Position numbers and translations under genes: made by a program. Positions 11,901 to 23,900 of a stretch of 64,000 nt of DNA are shown one piece after another. The notes under the pieces were generated by a model. That model worked only from the letters and a program-made list of their open reading frames with translations, had not been told where the DNA came from and ran no database searches. The stretch is from Oikopleura dioica (Eukaryota > Animalia > Chordata): NCBI GenBank assembly GCA_907165135.1, contig OU015567.1:1054001-1118000 (forward strand), written 5' to 3'. Numbering within the stretch: the first letter of the stretch is position 1; each line of letters begins with the position of its first letter.

Positions 11901-14900
11901 CACACCGCCATTCCCTCAGGAAAGCTCTCTTGGTTTCATAACAACAGAAGAATTGAGAGATCAAGAAATTTTGAAATCAACGAGCATGGAACGCTGACGA
12001 TCAAGACTGTGACGCTAGAAGATGAAGGAAATTATCGATGTACTGTTGTGAATACTTTTGGAGTGGCTGATTATCGGCTCAATTTGGTCGTCACAGGAAA
12101 TTGTTGAAAAAAAGGAAAATCATAAAAGGATTTTCTCGCGATTGAATTTGAACTTTACAGTTTTCTCTTGAGTTGAAGTATAAATATAAGCCGGTCTCGC
12201 ATTGTCTCGCAGGTTACTACCTTCAACCTAGTCGTTTTTCTTAAGAAAACGAACATAATTTACTTTAATTAATAATGTATTTACATAAAGTTCGAAATTA
12301 TAATCAACATCACAAAGGTCTGGAAGCACCAACACTAACCCTTCAATCCTCAACCGTCCAGCTCAATGTCGGTGATGACGTCATCCTGACCTGCTTCGCC
12401 GAGGGAAAACCTCTTCCAGAAATAACCTGGTCGCATAAAGGAAGAAACATCCCAAATGCTCGACAAAATCAACGAAATAGCGAGCTTTTGATCAAAAATC
12501 TCGCTCTTGCCGACAAAGGGGTCTACAAATGCCACGCGAAAAATGAAGTCGGAGAAGATGTGGGAGAAACAACAGTTGATGTTGTTGAGCCAGTTTCTGT
12601 CACCACTGTTCCTGAATTCAAAACGCCTCAGGAAGGCGAAACACTGGAGCTAGAATGCAATGCGAGAGGAAATCCGGCGCCGGAGATTTCTTGGTTCCAC
12701 AACGGAAAAGAAGTTCTTCCCAGTAACGATCTGTACATCACCGACACAGGGTTGGTAATTCTGAGCACGAGTCGAAAAATGAGCGGAATCTGGAAATGCC
12801 TCGCGAAAAATATCGCGAATGAGATCGTTATCGAGCATGAAATAACTGTCGAGTGGCCACCAAGTATTATTTTCCCAGAACTGCCGACCTCGAAATCTGT
12901 CAAGCTCGGAAGCCAAGTCGTCCTTGAATGCCCAGTCGACGCATCTCCAGAGCCAGTTTTCGAATGGACGGTGAATGGAAATATGTTGGACTTCAACTCT
13001 CCCGGCTGGCTTCTCAATCGAGAAACCGGAACGCTGATCATCGAAAAAGCATCGTTGGCCCTGCAAGATGCTACTTTTCAGTGCTACGCTACGAATATTC
13101 ATGGCAATTCTGTCATCTCTGTTGGCTTGAAGATCAATATCCCGCCAAGTATTATCCCGAGAACGGGGCCAGTTGTCAATGCGAAGGTTGGATCGAAGGT
13201 GATCATTCCCTGCGCAGCCAGTGGTATTCCTGATCCAGAATTGTTTTGGTCTTCGAATGATGGCAAAATTGAGGCACAAGAAAAAGTTCACTTTTGTTAG
13301 TATGAGAGAGGTTAATAGTAAGCTTTTGGAGGTTTTTCATTAATTTCACATTCATAAAAATAGAAAAAGCCATAACAAGAAATGAATATAAAAAATATAG
13401 TTTTTGAACTTTGAATCTAGAAGGCACAAATCTCGTCTTTGACAAAGTGCAACTTCATCACTCTGGAACCTACACTTGCCGAGCATCGAATTCTGTTGGC
13501 TTCGACGAGTTCTCCGTGGAACTCATCGTCCAAATGGCTCCGTTGATTTTCGATCCAAAATGGCCGAAAATGGCGCCGGTTGAAGGCGAAATGGTGATTC
13601 TCGAATGCCCAACTCAAGGAGCGCCCAAACCGAGAGTGACGTGGTATTTTAATGATATTCCCGCGAGTTTGATAGACAATGTCGTCGTCGAAGAAGACAA
13701 GATCATTATCCAGAAAGTTGACAGTACCTTCGGCGGGGCTTGGCGATGCGAAGCGGAAAATGTCGTCGGAATTGATGTTTTTGACAAGAAACTTTTCGTT
13801 GAATCAGCTCCTGAAGTCGCTGGACCAGCTAACGGAACAGTCGTCAGAGATGTTGTCGAATTCAACGACTTAGATCTTTACTGCAATTTGGTCAACGTTG
13901 ACGAGGGAACAAGCATCACTTGGCTTAAAGAAGGAGAACGAATTGATACGACAGATGGAAATCGATATGAATTGTCATTTGATAAGATGAAGCTGAAAGT
14001 GAAGAATATTGAGATTTTCGACTCTGGAAAATATTCTTGCCGGGCAGAGAATAGGGCTGGAATGAGCGAATTGGAACTAGTGGTTAATGTCCAACAGGAA
14101 GGGTTCAAAAACGAATATGAATTCAAGAGCGATTTAATCAATATGAAAACCATAATATTAAGGAATCTATCATTTTATGAATATTTTTGAATAATTCATC
14201 GTTTGAAATAGCTCAACAAACATATCTAATCTCCTTAATATTCTTAAGAATATACTCGTCAGAACCTTACAAAAAGATTCCTCGAATAAAAGGCCCAAAA
14301 GAAGTCAACATTGAGCCCATTGCAAATCGCGAAATCACCCTCATCTGCGAAGTCCGTGGCTTCCCAGTCCCAACTGTCACATGGTTCTATCAAAATGCCC
14401 CTGTTAATTTCAACATATTCCCTGGAGTCTATCAAATGGGAACGAATCTCGTTATTCCAGTCACGTCCTCGTCAATGACTGGTGATTGGAGTTGCAAAGC
14501 AAAGAGCTCTGTTGGAGACGCGATTAAAACGTACAATCTGGACATTCTTCTTCCTCCAACAATTCAGACGGACAAAAAGCAGCAAGTCAAAGAAGTCGTT
14601 GAAAACAGCGATGTCATCCTTGATTGCATAGTCGATGGAGAGCCAAAGCCGTCAATCACCTGGAAGCTCAACGGCCGACTCCTCGATCCTTATTTCTCAG
14701 ATCTTTCTGAAGACAAAATGAAGCTTTATCTCAAAAACTCGAACTCATACGACTCAGGCACCTACACCTGTGAAGTCGAAAACCGTGTTGGAATCGATGA
14801 AATCTCCTACAACGTCACTGTCCTGACAGCACCAAAAGTCCACGCTGTAAATCCCCAACAACAGGCAACAGCAGGAGCGAATGTGACTCTTTCGTGTTTG

Positions 14901-17900
14901 TCCGATGGAGTGCCAAAGCCTCGACTTTTGTGGGAGAAGTATGGAATTGTTTTGACGACCGATATTGGTGAAAAAATCAAGCTTGGGGAAGATTCACTGA
15001 CAATAAAAAGCCTGACCAGAGAAGATTCAGGGACTTACACTTGCACTGCTGTTTCGGACATCGGCGAAGACAAGGGTTACATAACCCTGAATGTCCGGCA
15101 TCGCCCGACTCTCAAAGCGGAAAAGAAAAACTACGAATCTACTGTTCATGAAACGGTGACAATGAAATGCGTCGCTGAAGGAAGCCCGCAACCGATGATT
15201 AGATGGGAGCGCAATGGAATTCCTGTTTCTGGCTCCGCAAGAGTTCGGGCTAGAAATGCTTACGATTCATCTACTCTGACCATTAGAGATGTTAGTTTAG
15301 ACGACACTGGGGAGTGGAAATGCGTCGCTGAAAATTCCATCGGATCTGACGAGATAAACATGTCTCTTGAGGTCCACAGTAAGCCCGAAATCGTCAAACC
15401 AGAAGAAAGCTTCTTCGTGCTTCAAAATGGCGAGGATTTCTCAATTCTCTGCCACGCTCGAGGACTTCCAACTCCGGAGATTTCTTGGATCAATCAAGAA
15501 ACAGGCCAAGTTGTCTCAAACGGACCGATTCTAGAGATTGAGAATGCTTCGAAACACCTCGCCGGGAATTTCCTCTGCACTGCGATCAACAAAGCTGGAG
15601 CTGCTTTCAAGGAAATAACTGTAACTGTGCAATCGCCGCCGAAAATCAAGAGAAGGCCAACGAGGCATGAAGTCGTGACCGGCAATTCGTTGATATTGAA
15701 CTGCGACATCATCGGAGGTGACCCTGAGCCAGAGATCAAGTGGTACAGGGATGACGAACCCTTGGATGAGATGCAAACGGACGGCGCTTTCGTATTTCTA
15801 GAGCGAAAGCAAACGCTGAAAGTGCTGATTGCAAGAGTCGAACATGCGGGGGTGTATAAATGTCAAGCTTCAAGCGTCGCTGGAATGGATCACTTGGGTT
15901 TTACTGTTGACGTCTGGCAGCCACCGAAAATTCATCACTCGGACGAAGAAGTTTCGGGAATTTCTGGCTCGTCACTGACCTTAGGAATGGGTAGTAAATT
16001 TTCTAGAAAAGAATTATTAATTAAGAGCCACAAATTTTATCAAATTTCATATTTTAGAGATTTTTCGAGTAGTGGGTTAGTGATTTACTATTTTCATCCT
16101 TTATACCTGTTGTATCGAGGGAGGATGTTGAATATTATAATTCGATAATTAAAGCCCGTAAAAAGATTGCGATGCTGAAGGAAAACCCGAACCAAATATC
16201 CGCTGGGAACGAAATGGCGAGCCAATCTCATCCACCGGAGTCATCATCTCACCAAGCTACAGGGGTCATCATGCTCGTCTTTTCTTTATCATTAATTTCA
16301 TAAAAGTTGTGCAACATGACCCTCTGTTAGATCTCTTCGAATCCCCAGCCTCGATGTTGAAGAAGACAAAGGAATGTATTCCTGCATCGCTGAAAATATT
16401 GCCGGCTCGAAAAAGATCGATTTCAAAGTTGACGTCTGGAGCATTCCGGATTTTGAAGTCGAGCAGCAGGTTCTTAATCAAACAGTCGGCCAGCAAATCG
16501 AGTTTTTCTGCGACGTAGATGCCTACCCACCGCCGAAGATCACGTGGCTCCGGAACAATCAACCAATCTCCTTCAATCCTTCAATTCAAATTTCCGATTC
16601 TGATCGGCGGTTGACCCTTACAACAACAGATTTAAACGATCTCGGTGTCTACAACTGCATCGCGGAAAACCAAGCTGGGTCATCGAAAAAGTCTTTCAAA
16701 CTGAATCTTATGGAGCCACCGAAAATCAGCAAGCCAAAAGCATCTACTGAAAAAATTATCGTCAGAAAAATCGACGAATCTTTACGACTTGTGTGCAAAA
16801 TTGAAGCAGGCCAGCCTCAGCCAAAAGTAAAATGGTACAAAGACGGTGATTTGGTCATTGAGAATCTTTACGCCGATGGCCATGTTCTTCAAATCCTGAA
16901 TGTGAGGGAACATGATGAGGGTGTCTACCGTTGTCTGGCGGAAAACGAAGCTGGAAATGATATCCGTGAATGGGAAGTCTCTATTTTCAGAGAGCCTAAG
17001 ATTACCGTACCCACGCGGCGAGAGCTTACGGCTGTCGTAGGGGAGAGCGTAGAGCTTGGGTGTGCTGCTGATGGACACCCAAGACCGATTATTTCGTGGA
17101 GCAGGAATGGAAGAGCAGTCGTTGAGGAAAATGTCGACATCATCGACGATGAAGAAACATCAAAACTCTTCATTGATGGCATCAATTCATTTGACAAAGG
17201 CACTTGGTCCTGCACCGCAAACAACGCTGCCGGATTAGAAACAATCGATTTCGTCATTGATGTCTGGCAACCACCAACAAGCAAAACACCCTCTACCTCA
17301 ACTCCTGAACCGAGGAAAGAAACTGCCATCGAAGATTCCTCGCTCACTCTTCATTGTGACATAGAAGCCTATCCCATGCCCGAGATTTCTTGGTTCCACA
17401 ATGGTGAAGAGGTCGAAATCGGTGGCAGAATCTCCACAACTACCTTTGGCACAGTTTTGACTATTCAAGATTCGTTGCCGACTGATTCTGGTGATTGGCA
17501 GTGTGTAGCAAAAAATCCAGCTGGAAGTCTATCCGCATCCTTTATTGTCGACATCTGGAGTCCACCAACTCCCTTGACTGAAATGACGACACAGACAATT
17601 CCAGTTATCGGAGGAGATACCCTTACACTTGACTGCCCGGTCAAGGGAAACCCAAAGCCAAAACTGGAATGGCTCCGAGGTTCAGTTCCAATCTCCTCGA
17701 TTCTCGACAGTAGATATGAATTGTTTAAGAATGGCGAAACGCTCAAGGTCACTGAAGTCACGTTATTTGATTCCACGAGTTTCAAATGTGTAGCGTATAA
17801 TGATGTTGGTATGACGAGTATGACGTTTGGCCTGGACGTTCGAACCGTGCCCAAGATTGAGCCAAATCATCTCAATGATGTTGTTGTTGAAGGCGAAACA

Positions 17901-20900
17901 TCAGTATTCAGATGTTTCGTTTCGGGAGTTCCATCGCCCGCGATCACGTGGTTTCACGACGGCCGTCCGCTTGAAATCAACGAAGACTCCCCCTACAAGA
18001 TTTCTCAACAGGGGCAAATGCTCGCGATTTCATCCTCCGTCGAAGCTCATGGTGGTGATTATCAATGTAAAGCGTCCAATCTTGTTGGCGATGAATCAGC
18101 CTACTTTCGCCTGACCGTCCTCATCCCACCGGTAATTAGCAGCGGGTCAAGAAGCGAAGTCGAAGCCATTAGCTTTATTTCTGGACAGCAAGAAATAAAC
18201 GGTGGCGCAGCTCTTGTGCTTTCATGTGATCCAGCTCGAGGCTCGCCAAGTCCAACGGTCACGTGGTCCAAAGATGGTCGACTAATTGAACCTGGCGAAT
18301 TGAGCAGACACATGATCATCGAAAAGTCACGTTTGCTCTTTACTACTGTGAAATCGACGGACGCTGGAAGATATAATTGTAAATTGCAAAATGAGGCGGG
18401 AATGGATTATCGAAACTTTCTGGTGACAGTTCAAGAGCCGCCAAAAGTCAGCGTTCCCAGCGAAAAGGGACCAGAAGTGGTCGAATCTCATGGCGTCACT
18501 CTCAGTTGCAATGCCGAGCAAGACCAATCAGAAGTATCTTTTCACTGGACCAGAGACGGAGAAATTATCAAAGAAAACGAACGATTACGATTTTCGATCA
18601 GAAAAGATAAGATTCACTTATCGTCAACAACTCGTGAAGATGAAGGAGTGTACACTTGTCATGTGACCAACGCTGCTGGCAGTGCTCAGACTCGAGTAAC
18701 CCTTACGATTCTTATCCCTCCAAAATTGCTCACGAGTGCGCCGATTTCAGACTCATCCCAAGACTCTGAAATCATCGGAAAATTTGAAAAAGACGTAACA
18801 ACAACCGTTTCGCAGACTCTAACAATCTCTTGCCCGGTTTCTGGAAATCCAAAGCCCTCCATTGAATGGCTCAAATTTGGTCAACGAGTTTCAACGATCC
18901 ATAAAGAAGCAATTCTCAAAGGAGATAGTCTTCAAATCCCAGATGTTCAGTTGAAGCACGCTGGAATGTACATCTGCGTCGCTAGAAACAAAGCAGGAGT
19001 TGACCAGAAAGAAATCTCTGTAAACATCCACCAGCAGCCGATCGTCAAGCTTCCGGAGAAAGAAAAATTGTTCGAGGGTCGGAGCTTGTCTCTAGAATGC
19101 GATGTAATCGGAACACCAACTCCCCTTATATTCTGGCAAAAAGACGGAGTCACCTTGAAATCGCAAGAACGAGTCTACATCAGCCCCGACAAACGGAGGC
19201 TTCAAATTTTCTCCACAAAACCAGAAGACGCAGGAAAATACAAATGCATTGCCGAAAACATCATTGGCTCAGAATTCTCCGAAACGACAGTTCAAATTCT
19301 AGAATCACCAAACTTTGAAGAGAGCTTTAAAAATATCGATTCGATCGAAGGCTCAAGGGTTGAGCTATCATGTGAGACGAATATCACGCCGAAGCCAGAA
19401 ATAAAATGGATGTTTGATGGAGTCCCTATTTCTTTTGACAAACCGGTTTTCGACACGTTCTCGGTTAAGCGAAGTGATGCAGTGAGCGATTACAGCTTGA
19501 GTTTTCTAGAAAATTTCGACCTCAAAGAAGATGGCTCTGTTCTCGTCATAGCGACTTCAAGTGTCGAAACGCAGGGACAATACAAGTGCATTTTGTCAAA
19601 TGAAGCTGGCCGCGCATCGAAAACTTTCAATCTTCAAGTCCTCCGCGTCCCCGTCATCGAGGACAATAAGGAAGAAGAGGTTGACGAGGAGATCGTTGTA
19701 GTTTCAGGCGAGTTCATCGATCTTGAGTGCGTGAGCATCGGAATTCCGCCACCAAAAATCACGTGGTTCAAGGACTCCTCTCCAGTGAGAACGATTCCAG
19801 GACTTGTTGAAATTTCCAACGATGGTCAACACTTGCTGATAAATGAGATTGCTCAGCGATTTTCAGGAGAGTATTATTGCATGGCGGAGAATGAAGCTGG
19901 CTCGAGCACGAAAAAGTTCAATTTGGTCACCAACGAGCCACCAAAAATAAGGGTGTCAGACGTGATTGTTGAGGAACGATCTGGACGAGAAGTAAAGCTG
20001 TTCTGTGACGTATCTGGAATTCCCAAGCCGACGATTTCTTGGTCAAGGACAAATGGCAAGCTTGATCATAGTCGTATGAAAACATCTTCAGACGGAACCT
20101 TGACCATCATTTCCGCCAAAGTTCAAGACGAAGGAGTCTATATTTGCAACGCAGAAAACGTCGCTGGAGATGCTCAAGCTGTCGTCACTTTAAGTATCAT
20201 CGAAGCTCCAGTCATCGAGGGCGAGTTTAACACTTTCGTCGAAGCTGTTATCAAGAACAAGTTCCTGCTCGAGTGCAACGTCATTGGCGGAAATCCTGCT
20301 CCCGTCATTCGATGGTTCAAAGACGATGAGCCCGTGGAGCTGTCATCGCGGCTGACGAAGATGAAACACGGATCGAGGTTGAAAGTCAAGCCGGTTATTG
20401 CATCCGACGCTGGTGTCTACAAATGCTTTGTGGAAAACGATGCTGGAAGTACTTCGCGACTTTTCAACGTCGGAGTCGTTTTGAAACCATCGATCATTCC
20501 TGATTTCGACATGGTCTCGTTTTCCTCGATCGGCGAGGAGAAAAAGTTCACATGTTTGACATCCGGTCAGCCAACGCCTTCTATCACCTGGCTTCATAAT
20601 GATCGAAAGCTCTCAACCGCCGCGGACAACATCGTTTTCCACAATGATGGTCAAGAAATGATCATTCCTCACGTGACTCTCGATTGGTCCGGCAATATCA
20701 CCTGCGTTGTTGAAAACCAAGTTGGCGTGGCAAAAATGGAAACGATCTTCGAAGTCTTCCAGGAGCCAGTTTTCACGTCGAATGTTTCCGCGACAATCGC
20801 TCTTATCGCTGGTGAGTCGCTAGAAGTACCTTGCAGCGCGACTGGATACCCGCCACCTGTGGTCTTCTGGGAGAAGGACGATCAGGTTCTAGAGATGGAA

Positions 20901-23900
20901 GGGGGTGTTGTAGGAATGACGACGTTGAAGCTCAATGATGTGACTCAAGATGAGGAGGGAACTTATACTTGCACGGCTTCTTCCCTCGCTGGAGTGAACA
21001 AATTGGATATGTATCTGCAGATTCACAAGCCGCCTGAAATTCTAGAGCACATTTTCGAAGACATGGAAAGCGATTACCACTCCGGAAACTCGCTCGCCAT
21101 CGGATCCAAAGATCGCCCGATTCCTAAAGAACCGAAAGAGCATCACCGACTTGTTCTTGAGTGCAAATCAGAAGCATTTCCGCCGCCAAAGATTACTTGG
21201 ACACTGAATATGAAACCGATCGAGTTTAGCGCTAAATTTAGCTTGAGCCCGAATGGACAAGTGCTGGTGATTGATCCGGTGACGGAAAGTGACTCGGGAT
21301 TGTATTCCTGTATTTCGGAGAATATTGCCGGATTTGCGGAGAGATTTTGGAATGTTGATGTTTTCACAGAGCCGGAAATAATTAATTCTCCAGGTACATT
21401 CTTTCACTATTTTGGAAAATCAACTGTAGAAGTTTGATTTGAAAACCCTAAGCTGTTCTTAATTTCTTAGAATTTTGTTCTTTTCAATCACGAAGACGCT
21501 GAATTATTTAAGTTATTAATAAGCAAATCGATAATCGCATCATCAATATTTTCATTAGAACTTAATTTTAGTTGAAATCGTCAAGCCCCTCCGAGGAGAA
21601 GACATCGATCTCACCTGCGAAGTCACTGGAAATCCTCGACCTGACATTATCTGGCGCAGAAACGGCCGACTTCTTGATCTTGGTGACAAATATATCGAGA
21701 CAGCTACTGGAATCAAGATCAAAGGAGCAGGTGCAGCTGACTCTGGAATGTACACTTGTGAAGCTATCAATAGAGCGGGCAAAACCTCGACTCAAATGAC
21801 CCTTGCTGTTCAAGCAAAGCCGATGATCGCAGTTGGTCCGACAAAACTCTTCACAAACGTCAATCAAGCCACCCTCCTCGAATGCGTCGCCAGTGGAATT
21901 CCTAGACCAGAAGTCCGCTGGTTTAAAGATGGAGAACCTCTCGATGAATCAGATGTATTTTCGCTACAAATGTCCGACGGATCGCTTTCCATTCGCGCTG
22001 CTACGTTGGATGATGCCGGTGATTATGTGTGCAAAGTGGAGAATACTCATGGGAGCGCTACGAGGAACGCGTTTTGGAATAATTACAATACTCATTTAAA
22101 AGTAATCATGAGAAAAGACGATAATTAAGAAATTTCAACAACAAGAATTGTCTATTTTTCAAGCGAAAATTGTTACCACTGATTTTATAAGGCGCTTTAT
22201 ACATAAAAAAGTATCAGAATCGAAAGTTTTTATCAAGTCTCAAAAATTCATCATTCTCTAACTTTATCCAGCCCTATTCCAAACCGCGAAAAGATCGATA
22301 AATCTCGAAGTTCACCTCTCTCCCTCCATCAAAACCGCTTTCGACGACTCTTTGACCCTCCGAGTCGGCGATACTCTCCGCGTCCCCTGCCGAGCTGTTG
22401 GATATCCGGAGCCGCGAGTATCCTGGTTTTTGAATGGAGTACCGATTTTGCCGGGCGGCGAGGTAGAAATTGATCCAGTATCAAAGGAAAGGAATTATAT
22501 ATAAAAAATAGATATAAAAAGGAGGGTAACAAAACTGATCGCCTATCTATCAGAAATTTAAATCTTTACGCTTTAGTCTGCGCACCAAAAAACTTTTTTC
22601 AGCCTGTCAATTTCTTTTTTCTTTCGATGAGAATTACTTTTCAAAAAACAAATTCCAAAAAAGGATTTGGTCGTCAACTTGGCTCAAGAATCTCATTCTG
22701 GCGAGTACAGTTGCGTCGCAGAAAATTCTGCTGGTGTTGCGAAAATGATTCTGGACGTTGACGTCTATGTTCCGCCCCAATTTGTTAAGAATTTCAACAC
22801 GAATGTTGAGCTGTTTGAGCATGGCTCGGCAATTGTGACTTGCGATGCTTCTGGATCTCCTCCTCCAAGTGTGATTTGGCAGCGATCGGGAAGGCTCCTG
22901 AAGGGAAATGGAAGTCCAAGGCAAGAAGGCGCTCAGCTCATTTTCGAAGATGCCCGAATCCGCGATGCGGGAAGCTATGTCTGTCTCGCCCAGAACTCCG
23001 CCGGAACTGCTCTTCTAGAGGTCGACGTTTCCGTCCTTATCCCTCCTAAAATCTCCATCCCTCATCGATTCACCGCCACTGCTGGTTCTCCCTTTACAAT
23101 GAAGCCTGAGACTGTCCGCGGCCTCCCTGGCCCAACTTTTAGCTGGAGAAAAGATGGAGAAAAATTGTTTTCCGACAAGTACAGAAATGTCGACGAGACT
23201 ATAGGAAGAATGATCTTTGTTGTTCTCGAGCCTGAGGACTCGGGCCGTTACGTTATCAAAGCGGAGAATAAAGCGGGCTTCGATGAAGTGGAAGTCTTGC
23301 TGACAGTGTTGGAGAAGCCGAAGATTTCAGTGATTGGAAAAGATGTTGACAGGCCGCTAGAAATCACGAAGGGAGAAGATTTTAGTCTGATGCTGAATCT
23401 TATTGGATCTCCAAGACCTCAGGTACAGCTCTTTTGATAATCGAATGACCTTCGAAAGGGTCCATTTCTTCGCTTTATGTATTCGATAATGGTATTGATC
23501 GTAAAATGGAATTCAGGTCACGTGGATGCGAAATGGCGTGCGCATCGGAAACAATGCTCGTAGAATCGTTTCTGAGTCTGGGCTGAAAATCACAGCCGTG
23601 GACTTCAACGACGAGGGAGATTATTCAATTTCCGCCAAGAACGCTGCTGGAGGATCTTTCCTTTCATTTTCAATTATCGTCAATTCCTCACCAAGAATTG
23701 TGATGAGCAAGCGTCCCCTTGTCAGGCGGCAGAAAGGAAAAACACTGGAATTGACATGCGAGGTCGAAGGAAAACCAGAACCAGATGTTATGTGGCTTTT
23801 CCATGGTGTGTCGATATCTGATAGGAACGGTTTTGTAAAACAACATAGGATAAATATGATAATGGTAATGGGCCGTTTTCGCGCAAAAATAAGCATTCAA

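Noticed and set aside
19446-19509. Extra ~22 aa in one hemicentin Ig loop that ends in TTTTCTAG like an acceptor
   Set aside because: No phase-compatible donor was found, so it was treated as a coding loop insertion.
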